DNA of 64,000 nt from Klebsormidium nitens. Lineage: Eukaryota > Plantae > Klebsormidiophyceae. Positions 50,101 to 61,934 of the stretch are shown in pieces (position 1 is the stretch's first letter; the number at the start of each line of letters is the position of its first letter). A model generated the notes under the pieces. The model saw only the letters and a program-made list of their open reading frames with translations. It ran no database searches and was not told where the DNA came from. A program made the position numbers and the translations under genes. Location: the NCBI GenBank assembly GCA_000708835.1, contig DF237148.1, positions 84,556 through 148,555 of the forward strand, given 5' to 3'.

Positions 50101-51075
50101 AGACCTTTCCATACATGGATTTACCGACTAGCTTCCCTCTCCAAAAGAACTCCAGGTCACCCGTGCCCTCTATTCTTGGGTTAAGGGCCGTCTGCTTACT
50201 CTCCTGTCGGACGATCGGACCGTTGCTGCAAGGGCCGCAAGCCAGACCATCACCGACTGCAGGAGATTTGTATAGCTAGGCTCGGAACGGAAGATGCCTC
50301 TCGTGTCAACGAAATTGGTTTTCCTCTGCTTCAACTGACTTTTCTTCAAAATCTGTTGAACCTATGAAACAAAGAAAAGCACGGTCTACAAACCAAGGTT
50401 CCTTTGCATCTCGATACTGAGTTTTGAAACGCCGACACAATTCATGGTGTCCTAGTCAAGATGATAAGATTCGACAGCTAGACAGAGACGATCGGATCCC
50501 GATTATAAGCCCCCTAATTGCAGTCTGATTTACATATCAGACTTACATCCAACAACTTGAAGCACTGACACTGTGTCGGCTTCATGATCGCAATTGCCCA
50601 GAATGGCGCGGCGCGTATATTCTAGACGGTACATTGTCAAATTTTGATCCACTTAAAGAATTCACTATCTTGAGGGCTCAATCAAGAAGCGAAGCCATGC
50701 ATCATGCATGCAAGTAGCGAAGGAACTATATCGGCACAATACTATGACATCAATTTGTCTCCGGCCGATCGGCTTGAAGAAATCTTTGCAAGCGCTTGAA
50801 TTGGCCCGAGGCTGCGAGCTCTAAACACTGATGGAGGTGTCAAGTCCAAATGTTTTGTGAACTCGTAGTCTTTGACATCCAGATCAGAGACTAGGCGCCG
50901 CTTGCATGTGCAGTTTCTGTCACTGGCCAATGCGTGTGAACTGAGAATTTTGCGTGAAATTCACAGGTCATGCTTGAAAGTAGAGCCTACTTATTCAACA
51001 CGCGTGCGGTACTCACATGGACTGTGGCATTTTCAATCTTTTGCCTTCTTTCAATCTATGATTGCAACGCTCTGG

Positions 51076-54000
51076 TCAGAATTGTAACGTTCTTGATGTC
51101 ACCGTTCCTTGCCCCTCAATGACCAGCTTGTCCGGAAAGACGCGTACAACAGCATGTGCAACCTCGTCGGTCGGGGCCTCTAGAATCGCTTCAAAAGTGC
51201 AGTAATGCACTCGCTTTGGTTGAGCGTAGCCGCCAATATGGTAATGACCTGTCACACGAAAGGAAAAGCTCCAAATGTAAGCGACCGCACGCACTGACCT
51301 GTTCTGGAATACGCTAGCCAATCCGATTTCGTGAGGTTCGCTAGTAGTGCAAATAGTGTAAAGGATCTCGGGGCCTCTGAAATTATAAAGGTCGCCAAAG
51401 CTCTGTCAAGCTGCATGCTAGCTCGTCCCTAGGACCTCCAAAAGTGACCGGGCTCTTCCCCCTATAAACGAGACGACTCCCGAATGAACAGCTCTCAACG
51501 GAACGCCTCGCGAGTCAGCAACGCTGCTGTGAAAGCAAGTGTCCAGATCGGTGGACTGCGGAGCAAGAACAAGACAGACAGAGAGATCCTTTCCTGGCCT
51601 AGGGTCAGAATACGGGTTGGCCGCTTGGAAGCACGCTTGGGTATGAGCGAATTGTCTGTGTAGCGTGCACGACAACCGGACGAAGACAGACAATGTCCAT
51701 TGATGAAGAAACAAGCTGCAGTGCTGAGAGCAGAGAAAAGAGGAGCTACGGCCCAAAAAAGAATCGTAGTGTGCTTTCGACTCACCACAGAAGTAAGCAG
51801 CAACGGCAGGTGATCGCTCCAAGACCTCTGCGACCTGCGGTGTATGTTGCGACCAGTCAGGAGTGAAGCGGACAAACTGGGGTCGGGAAAAGATGGAACG
51901 AAAGAGAGGGCGATGGGCACGGCGCAGTCGGACTTCTTGACGTCATCCGCTCTGTTGTCCACGACCCAAACCAAGAGCGTGAACGAGGGTTTTGAAGCTG
52001 TTATGATGAAATCTTCAATGAGCACTGCGTGAAGAAATGCTTCAAATGCATCTCGCCCTGCGTTGGCCTTCGGCAAGTTGGGACTTCTCTTTAACACCAA
52101 AGAGGCTTCTCTGATCACTGACAGTACTTTGCGAGATATTTCTTTGAGGTTCGTGGCCACGGGAGAATCTGAGGGAGACAATCTGAGGTAGACGTTCCGA
52201 TGGAGGGACGATCTAAGGAAGACGTGGGTTAAACAACTGCTGAATCCGAAGTTGGGATGAGCTAGAGCTGGCAAAGGCGCGAGGAAATGGCGATCTGAGG
52301 AAGGCGTCCGAAAAGCAACTGCTGAACCTAGTTCGACTCGACCTAAGGCTGGCCAAGGCGCAAGAAGCTGACATTCAACAGTTCCATTAAAAACAGAAGG
52401 GAAGGTCCAGGACGGTCAGTCTGAAGACGTACCTCTTCGTGATTCCAGACGAGGTGCGTAGGAGCGGCGGAACCAGCCACAAGGGGATGGTGAGCACAGA
52501 CGATCACTTTCTCCCCCAACCTGTGCAAGCAGGCACGCACGATAATGATCACCTAGAGCAGTACTACGAGCTCGTTTGCTGACGGTGTGGCATATGTCTG
52601 ATACAGGTTGCTCGACTTAAGACAGTTGGCAGCCAAAGAAACGAAAGTCCTCGTCGCAGCTATCTCTTTCGGAAAAGCAACGACTCATGACAAGAAGAGA
52701 CGTTTGTACCGTGATTGGTGCCTTCGTTAAGAAGCCATCTTCGTAATAGCATCTCCATGGCGCTGGTCGTCATCCCCTTTCCCAAAAGCAGATTTCGGTG
52801 TTTTTGCCGAGCAAGGTGTGACCGGGGTACCCTTTCCTGCTGGACATTTCAGATATACTTCTCTATGCAATGACATGCGGTCTGCAGCTCGCTTGAGGGC
52901 TTGTTGAATCCACTTTCCCGCTCCAACCCATTTAAAGAATAACGTGTCTGGGGCGTCTTGCCTCAAAGTTCTGCAATTGGAGGGGCTCATACTAATTGCC
53001 TATTTGGGATGACGTCGTCAAATATGTCCATCCTCAATCCTTGAAGAGCAGTCCTTACATCCTACTGACCAAAACAATCCGACCACACACAGTCAGTCGC
53101 CTTTTACTCCCTCAACAAAAGAGACGTTGTCTGCCCACCTTTCTGCACTTTGCAGAGCCTCCGTCAGCCACGCGAGCTGCTCCGCTCCGACGCCGCCGTT
53201 CCAGATGGACGCGTGCGGGTTCTCAGGACCGAGCGGGTGCTTCTCCATGAACTCTGCGGCCGCCTAGAGTTGCAAAGAACTTGGGTATAAGGAAAGCAGA
53301 GTGCGCATCACGGAAAGTCCCCTCTAGAAGTATCAGCTGTCTCCCCTGAAAACCGCTCTACCTAAGTGAGTTACCATATGAGCACACTGGAAAGTACAGA
53401 GGTTGACACTGATGGAAGCAAAAATTTGCCAAGATATAATCCTCGTACCTGCAAGAATCTGCATTCTGCCCTTTTCATAAGAAACCACTGCAAAGGGATT
53501 TGCACCCCAAGCCAGCTCTCTAGCGGTTTGTTCTGAAGCTGACATATGGTACCCAAGGAGTGGCGTCAGGCCAGTCCCGATTCCAGTGCTTCTAAGCATA
53601 CCCTTGAAAGGATGATAACCGAAGGCGGGGGATGAGCTCACTTGTCTGTTGGGTGAGCCCTCCGGCCACCTAACGCTAACGTCCATCGTATCCAGTATAA
53701 CCTGCAATGATTAACAAAGAAGGTCGGGTGTATAAACCTCTTAGTTGGATGTAAGGATAGCCTTGCTCGCAACAGACCATAGCCACGCTTGCGATTTCCT
53801 GGAAGAAAGCTCCCCGCAGCCTCGCTATCCTTCTGCAACCCAAACGACGCCAGATCTGGTGACATTGCAGATGATCAAGATGTTGCATCTGATTCCAAAG
53901 GGGTAAAAGGCCCCTACCAGGCGCCACTTGTGCGGTAGCTTATGTTGGCTGTAACGCGCCGGCATTTTCAGGTCCTTAAGGAGCCGTTCCCTTGGCAGAC

Positions 54001-54820
54001 TGAGGCAGTGGTTCCCTAGGAGGTGGTGTGCAGGGATCTGCAGCTTGTCCAGGACTCCAAGAACAACCTTGAAGTCTTCTTCTGTTTTCTCGGGTGTGAC
54101 GTTGCCGTCGATGATGTCACCCAATGTGAGCAGAAACCTGCCAGATATGGGGGAGGTGATTCAAATACGCGGACTCTGTCGCTCAAGGCCTGTTGCTGAG
54201 TAGTTGAATGAGGGTGGCGCAGAAAGGTGCAATACTACAGATACTTCTTTAGAGTGATTGAGATATGTTCATTGTCCACTTATCTATTTCACGCAATCAA
54301 GTTCACCCCAGACAATGCTGTCCCAAAACAGTCTCAAGCCGAGCGGAGGCAGGTTGAGCAATCAGCAGATGGCAGCACTTGACTTCAACGTTTCGAGCTG
54401 AAGTGCTGGGAAAAGACGGCAGACCTTACAGAAGCTCATCTTTCCTTGAGTTGAAATAGTGGACAGCTTCTTCAAACTTGCCCGGTGCTTCTCGATAGCG
54501 CTGAACTTGCGATTCATATGCTGCAGGTGAAAGCAGAGCTTGGATCACTGGAGCTGCGATTTTTTTGTGATGGCAACCAGTTAGCCATCAAAATGCCGGA
54601 CCAAATGCTGAACTGGCAGAGACACATCGCATCCCAGGCACTTGTACAAATGACATCCTCCTGCAACAATCAGGACGTTAAAGATCAAGCTCACAGTCAT
54701 GTTAAGAAGAGGCTTTCGTTTGTTCTTACATCCGTTCTCCTTATCTGCATACTGGATGTCTGCCACCACCCCGAAGGAGAACAAAGGAGCATCTGCAACG
54801 TCAGTGGGTGCCATACTCAT
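51076..54820 (-). CDS. ADPRM: Mn-dependent ADP-ribose/CDP-alcohol diphosphatase (metallophosphoesterase); exons 54820-54730, 54520-54430, 54137-53918, 53701-53642, 53263-53139, 52520-52433, 51834-51786, 51248-51076
   Basis: Motifs: FSFGVVADIQYAD, LGDIIDG, LLGNHC, VILDTMDVS, WNGGVGAEQLAWL, VIVCAHHP...LVWNHEEV, YFCGHYHIGGY...LEAP. All junctions are phase-consistent. An alternative ATG exists at 54844. Confidence 0.92.
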
Positions 54821-55122
54821 TTCGGCAAATTCTAGATGTTGCATTCGCTTCTCAAAGGCGGCGGGTGAGAAGCAACAAAGTAGCCTCTGAGGGGCAACCA
54901 AGAGCTAGAAGTTTGTCACTATTGCTATTCTTTCACGACCACCCTGCTTCAATTCAATCATCCAAGGCTCCTGATGATCTGTCCTGCAAACAGCAATGCC
55001 GCGGCAGGAGGAGCTCCCAAACTTAAAATCGAAGTCGTCACCTATAAATTATACTATAAAGTGCGCCTCCTCATGTGGGGCCAGCTAGTAGTAGGAGTAG
55101 AGAATCTTCTCCATCATCATGC

Positions 55123-55143
55123 AAACCCTAATTCGAACCCTAA
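55123..55143 (+). promoter_or_regulatory. Two telo-box-like motifs (AAACCCTA, AACCCTAA) in the ADPRM/SCCPDH divergent promoter
   Basis: Seen at 55123-55130 and 55136-55143. Function is inferred from land-plant telo-boxes. Confidence 0.3.
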
Positions 55144-55450
55144 AACTAAAAAGCAAGCCTTCTCGAGTCTCGACTGCAACGTCAGCATGACATCACTGGT
55201 ACCTACTGTGAACTTACGTACCTACGCCACTTTTCCTAAAAGTGACGCCGCCGCAGCTAAAAGTAAAGTTTTTGCTGTGCCACTCGGCTGACTGTTTCAT
55301 GCAATGCTCACTTTTTGAACGTGTTCCACATGAGCTGCAGAAAACTTTCTAAAAACCTCTCCAGAGAAGTGGAGAAAGGGGGGCAGGATCCTTGAAAGTT
55401 TTAAAGCTCCCATGCCACCACATTGCAGCTACTAGTACGAAGCAGCTGGA

Positions 55451-58400
55451 ATGATCCTAAAGATGATGGACAATGCGAGCGCCCGCCCCTTGGACATCGT
55501 CGTCTTTGGGGCAACCGGTCTTTCCGGTGCTTATGTGGTTGCGGAGCTTTTGGAGCGGACAATCCAATCAGGGGCAGTCTGTGCGGAAGATGCTGACAGG
55601 AGGATTGGGATTGCTGGGAGGAGCAGGTGGGTAAATAACTGCTTGTGATAACCTGCAAACCTTAGTGACTTGATAAAAACAGGGATAAATTGAGCAGAAA
55701 CATCCAGTCCAAACTTGCTGCTTACTTGAACTAGTGAGTGTGAAGGCCCCACCTAAGTAGGATGGGTTCTGGGTGCTGCCCCCTTTTCCTTGTGACTGAG
55801 ATTGTGTTTGTAAACTCAGGCCACTCTGCTGATTGCCTCCTTATGACTAAAGCTCTTGATCTGAAGTATGGGGCTCCAAAGATCACCACCAGTACCATCA
55901 GATTGTATTGGAAATGGTGTGAACTACCTATCATGGTCCAAACCAGCTGGCCTTCTCTTTAAAGCTTCTTTCAGCACCCGTTTAAACCTCTACTTTTGAG
56001 AAGAACATCCTTTTACGTCGAAACAATATGCACAGGCAATCCATTTCATACATCTTACAAAGTTTTTGGTTCTTAGTATTCAAAAGAAGTTTGATTTGTA
56101 GGCCGTCTGTGTTCCCCTCCGTTCCATTCCTTTATGGCAGTTTGACTTTGTACCCAAGCTTTTTGTCTTAAAACTGAATATCATGGTCGTTTTTCCTGCG
56201 CAGAGACAAGCTGACTGCTCTGCAAACGAAGCTGGGAGCCGATGACACAAGCTGCCCTATTCTAGTTGCTGACGTACAGGACGCTGCGGCCCTGGCAGCG
56301 GTCGCCCGCCAAGCGAAGCTCATCGTCAGCTGTGCAGGGCCCTACAGGTGTGAATATTCCATGCTGTGATGAGCGGCAATTCACAATCTCCCCAGGAAGT
56401 AATGAGGGACACTTGATGAATTCAGCACACATCAGGTCTGAATACAAGTTGTTGAGAGAAAAGCTTCCTGAGATGGTCGAATGTTTTGAAGCTTTTTAGT
56501 GACTTGTTGGCAGCAACCAAGCGAAAGAAGAAATGAGCAAACGACATGAAGTCATGAAAGCAGAGACCAGTAACAAATGCTATTCTCCACACTGTTCGTG
56601 CAAGGGGAAGAAGCCAGTTGAGACGGTGCAATGGTCCACTTCTTGATACGACCATTGGGTTCTGTTCCTTGAGAGGTCAAAGTACAGTCCCTTTTTGAAG
56701 CCTTTTGTTCAATTGAAACACATTGGCGCCCAGCTTGAGTCAGCCTTTTCCTTACGCTCCTCCCGCTAGCTATGAAAGAGAGCCACCTGATCACTCCCTG
56801 TGGATTGCTAAAAGATACTTTTTATCTTTGGCAGGCACTATGGAGAGCCTGTGGTGGCAGCATGCATCGAAGCGGGGACAGACTACATTGACATCTCAGG
56901 TAGGCCCGAATAGCACGAAAATCACTTCAAGGATCACTTTCTCAATGCAGGTTGTCTACTCTGGCTCCTTCAAACGAATTGATATGCGAAATGATAAGCT
57001 GCCTTTTCAAAGATGCGTTCAAGAAACTCGGCCCTTTCTTCACAATACGGAACCCGCTCTTATGACGCTAGCAGCTATACCTGTCTGCTGACTGAAGAAG
57101 TCCTCTTTTACAACCATTTCTGCTGTTTCATTTCGCTCCTGGCTGTGCCTCCGGCTTGACAGTAAATCTTGTATATTAGATCGAACGTCTTTCGCACAAA
57201 CTTCGACGCACCAATCAGCATCACCTGAGTTTCCCACTTTTAGAATTCTGATGCGTCCCACTTCAGCCGTCCTGATCCGACTGTCAGTCCCCTCTCGTCA
57301 GCCTCAAAGAACGCCAGTCACCTCGAACAAAGCTGATTCTGCTGAGGTCATCTGCCTGTAGGCAAGCCGACTCTGCTGACGTCATCGCTCAGGAAGAGGC
57401 CAATCTCGATGACGTCACCTCTGCAGGCGAGCCGGAGTACATCGAGATGATTGAGGCGAAGTATCACGAGAAGGCCAAAGAGCGGGGCGTCCTGGTCGTC
57501 TCGGCGTGCGGCTGGGACTCCATCCCCGCAGGCAAGTGTCGTCGTTTGAAGTGCGCGTATAAGGATGCATCAGAATTGGCCACCGGTAACCAGGGAGTGT
57601 AGCTCTTTCTGTGCCGCAACTCGCACGAGCTCATGTTTTGAGGCGACATGGAAGATAACTTCCAATGTATCAAGGATATCATGACAGCCACGCAGGGACC
57701 TTGCAATTGGACGCCCTCATCAGAAGACACGTCAGCGGGCGTCAAGGTCTGGTATTCTCGTCGCGTGATTGATTAGAACATTGGAAGACAAGGTTTTCTT
57801 TGAAAAATGCATGTCCGATCATTTGTCCTGCTGATGACACTTGAAAACACTTAAAACAAGGCTGATTGGCTTATTTGAATCGCAGCTATGGGGCGCCGTT
57901 TGACCTCCAGATATAGAACAATCCATTTCTCGGCAGGGTGCAAACAGTCGGAGTCTGTCGTTCTCAGTACTCAACTAAGGACGAACGATCTGTCTAGCCT
58001 GTTGGTTGTGAAGCCAATCTGATCTCACTTTCAATTCCAGTTGGTCCACATCCACGACGTTTCTGTGTTCCTCGAAACTCTTGTCCTTTGGGCGCTGATT
58101 GGGGTGCAGCTGGGCGTTCTAAACACAAAACAAGAGCAAAGGTTTCATGGGTGAACCACTCCCCTCCACCAAAACGCAGGACTTTCTTCGGTCGTCACTA
58201 GTTCCATAGAAATAGCCCGCATGAATGTCCGAATGAATATCGCACAAAACCTGACGGCTATTTCGAGCCCTAGGTTAGTGATTCTTGTTAGTGCTAACCA
58301 TCTGCCCTGAACGGAACGTCTACCTGACACCCACTTTGTGCCACTTTTCAGAGCTCGGTCCCCTGCGAACAGTGCGGCGCTTCAAGCCGCCTGCAGTATG

Positions 58401-61400
58401 CACCCAGTCCGAGGAGTTCGTGAGCTCCTCTTTTAGCGTACAACCTGTTTCGACCGTGAATGCGAAGCCCCCTCCGTTCCCTTTGGCAGAGCTCGGCTCC
58501 CTGCGAACAGCGCGGCGCTTCAAGCCGCCTGCGGTTTGCACCAAGATCGAGTAGTTCGTGAGCTCCTCTTTTAACTTTACAACCTGACTCGACCGTTTAA
58601 GCGAAGCCCCCTCCGTTCTCTCTTGCAGAGCTCGGCTCGCTGCGAACAGCACGGCGTTTCAAGCCGCCTGCAGTGTGCACCCAGATTGAGGAGTTCGTGA
58701 CGATCCACGGAGGGGCTGCCGGGATTGCCGCGCACTACGCGACCTATTGCTCGGCGGTGGAGGGCATTGGGGCGACAGGCGAACTCAAGTGAGGTTGATC
58801 AAATGTCGAAAAAGAACTCAATTTGCTGTGGAAGGCTTGTGTCCGTTGATGTGTAACGGTGCGCGGCGTCTGCGCGACTTACCGCTCCATGGACTTGCGG
58901 GCGAACTCAAGTGAGGTCCATCGACGGTGCAAAGAGATGGTTCTATTCATGTCCGTCGATGTAAAACTGTGTGCGCCGCACTACGCGACCTACCGCTACA
59001 TAATTGAGGGCTTTCAGGGGCCGCGGACGAACTCCAGAAAGATTGATCGACGGTTCGGGAAGGAATCCGGTGTTTGAACGACATCGCGTGATTGACCTTT
59101 TATTCTGAGCTTTTGCGAAGCACCATTCTTCGGCGGAGGGCTTCATAGCCCCAGGCGAAGTCAGAGAGAACGATTGTCTTTCTTCTTGGATGACGGCTTA
59201 GGGTGCTTGTTGCTGGAAAGGACAGTTTTCGAGATCTCCGTTTGTGATTCCGGTAGAAACCAATGTAAGACAGACATGAGAAGCACTGTTCAAGCAGAGC
59301 GTATAATCTGTTCTGGTGTGGAACCAGGATACAGTGGATGAAACTAGGATACACGATTACTTGGGACTCATAAAATTCACATCAACGGCCCTTTCTTAGG
59401 AAGCTGCCTGCTCTTAATGCAAGGAACGCTTTTCCGCGATTCTCTGTCCGCCCCTCAATTTGGATTCGCGTGCGTAAGCTTACAATCTTTGTCTGGGAAG
59501 CTGTGTGCCTTCTGTTCTACGGGCAACTCACTTCGTCTAGCCCAGTTCACCCCGCAATCGACTTCCGACCGTTGCTTCGACGATCTTTTCTAGGACGCTG
59601 CGTGCCTCTCAACCTTACCCGTCCATAGTCCCCGGCCGGCCGATTGACAGTTTAAACCGGACGATCTTTTCCAGCAAGCTCCGTGCGTCCCAACTCAAGA
59701 AGCACCAGTTTCCAATCTTCCGCCCACCTTTCAAGGGGAACGTGCATTTAAGATTTCTAACCGACGGTCCTTTCCAGAAAGCTGCGTGCGTCCCAACCCA
59801 AGAAGCCCCGCCCCGCCATCCCCGGCCCGCCACTCAAGTGCTAAAAATCAGATTGATGATCCTTTCTAAGAAGCTGCGCGTGTCCCAATTCAAGAAGCCT
59901 CGTCCCCGCCACTTCCGTCCCATCCCCCGATTGGCAATCGCGAAAACTAGGTTGACGACTCTTCTTTCAGGAAGCTGCGTGCGTCCCAACCCAAGCCGCG
60001 TCCCGCCATTCCGGTCACATTCTCCAATCTGCAATCGTGAAAACTAGGTTGACGATCTTCTTCCAGGAAGCTGCGTGCGTCCCAACCCAAGAAGCCCCGC
60101 CCCGCGATTCCCGGCCCGCCCCTCAAGCGCCAGATCAGCCCCTACTGGGAGAAGCGTTTGGACGCGTACGCGGTCCCCTTCATGGGCGCGGACGCCTCGA
60201 TCGTCCGGCGCGCCGTCCAAACGTTTGCGGACCACCCCCGCGGGCTGAGCGACAAGGGGACGCAGGTGAGCAGATTCTGCGAAGTGGGCACTTCAGCAGT
60301 GCTCTTATCTGGTAGGAGTTTCTTGATGGGCAATCTCGCGGGGCACTCGGCGCTTCGTAACGTTTGCCTAGTACGACTTCCCTATGTACCGAAGCTTCTT
60401 CTGATTTCAGTCTCCGTACACTCAATAAGATACACCCGGTCTTTTGTGCAGCCAGACTCTGTGATCGGGATTCCCCGATGCGTCCCCTCGATTTCTGGCC
60501 AGTTTCAGCAAACTCAAAACAAGGAACACTTCTTTGTCTGCAGGGTATTCCGCCATTCCACTTCGCGGCCTACCTAACCATCCCCGACCGCTGGAGTCTG
60601 TGGCGTTACGTCGCCTTGGGGACGGCTTTCGTACAGCTGGCAGCCCGCGAGTGGGGCCGGAGACTCCTCCTCGAGTACCCCCGGTTCTTCACCTGGGGAC
60701 TCTTCACAAAGGCCGGTGAGCCGCTTAAGTCAACGCTCAAACGTCTGCATACGTCAGCGTGAGGCCGGTGAGAGGCATTGAGTAGATCTTTGTATGTTCG
60801 AACACGTCAGCCCCTGGACGACAGTGTGGCGGAGGTTCATCCAGGTTCGAGGGCCCCGTAAGCAGTCGACGATTGACAGAGAGTCAGAAGAGCTCAGGCC
60901 CCTGGCTTCAATCCTTACTCAAAAGTCGCGTGCCGGTGCAAACGAACTCCAACGATCCATTGTTAGGCAAGAGATTCTAGCAAAACCTGAAAACAAGTCT
61001 GAGACCCCAAGTGGTGAATCCAGAGCCTCGAAAGTCTATAAAAGTTCGTCCAAGGCGTCCAAGCCCGTGTGCCCTTGTACTATGGAGGACATCACTTAGG
61101 TAAGGTTGAAACTCATATAGAAAAGTGATTTGACGAGCGGTCAGAAACTTCGCTCTCGTTTGCCTCTATTGGTTATTGAACCGCTCGACAAAAACAAAGA
61201 GAAGAGACAACGGATGGATGCAAGAAAGGCTGCCGACCAGCGCTCTGTCACCCTCTGTTGCAGCTCCCACCGAGGAGCAGACCAAAGAGACTAGTTTCGA
61301 GATGACGTTTTACGGCGCGGGGTATGACGCGCCTCCACCCCCCGGTTCCAACCAACCGCCCAACAAGTGCGTCGGCGTCAGAATATGCGGCCCGGTGAGT

Positions 61401-61934
61401 GCGAATGTGAACAAGTGCGTCATTGTGTTCAGAATCGTCAGAGTCGTCACAGTTGCTGCCAGACGCGGCCAGCTTGGTTTCGGTCTTGCTTCTTTGTCTG
61501 GCTAGTCCCCATCTTTTGCTATCAGTACCCTACCTGTTGCTTGTGCCAGATTCGCTCGCCTAACAAAACCTGCAGACGGTGGAGAGGTAGTCCGATGGGT
61601 GGCTCCGCTTTCGCCGAGAAATGTAGAGCGAGCTCCGTTTGTTTTGCCTCGAAAGTCCGTGGAAGGACGGAAGGTCTCAGACCGCATGCTTTCGGTGAGG
61701 TGCGATATTCTCATCTCTAATACACACCTTTCTTATTCCCGGTTCTCCCGTTTCCATTAGGACCCAGCCGACAACTCCACTTCCATCATCGCCAGCCAAG
61801 CCGCGCTCTGCCTCATAAGCGCGCGGCCGCGGCTCGCAAAGGGCGGCGTGCACACTGCGGGATCCGTTTTTGGGTTCACAGATTTGGAGGAGCGGCTTGG
61901 CAAGGCGGGCGTCGTATTCGAGGACATAAGCTAA
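55451..61934 (+). CDS. SCCPDH: Saccharopine dehydrogenase-like oxidoreductase; exons 55451-55626, 56204-56347, 56835-56899, 57427-57531, 58629-58788, 60067-60265, 60544-60715, 61264-61394, 61761-61934
   Basis: Motifs: DIVVFGATGLSG, IGIAGRSR, LIVSCAGPYRHYGEPVVAACIEAGTDYIDISGEP, ACGWDSIPAE, YAVPFMGADASIVRR, PTEEQ, KGGVHTAG. Phases are all consistent. Intron 4 is GC-AG. Confidence 0.93.
58340..58700 (+). repeat. Tandem array x3 (138-139 bp) of the 3' splice site plus first ~65 nt of SCCPDH exon 5
   Basis: AG|agctcgg..cctgcgaacag.gcggcg.ttcaagccgcctgc begins at 58352, 58490 and 58629 (true exon). Confidence 0.95.
58735..59050 (+). repeat. Tandem array x3 (~120-125 bp) of the 3' end plus donor of SCCPDH exon 5
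   Basis: c(t)acgcgacct...gcgaactcaaGTGAGG at 58735-58794 is echoed ending at 58916 and, degenerate, near 59050. Confidence 0.85.
59575..60125 (+). repeat. Tandem array x6 (~80-105 bp) of the 3' splice site plus start of SCCPDH exon 6
   Basis: gacgatc.tt.cAG.aagctgcgtgcgtcccaac.caag units with AG at 59592, 59673, 59776, 59869, 59969 and 60065 (true acceptor). Confidence 0.95.

Noticed and set aside
51495-52274. 259-aa minus-strand ORF
   Set aside because: Lies across ADPRM introns and a small exon in another frame; no homology recognised.
58340-60125. Repeat arrays considered as CRISPR-like
   Set aside because: Eukaryotic locus; the units are degenerate exon-boundary copies without unique spacers or cas genes.
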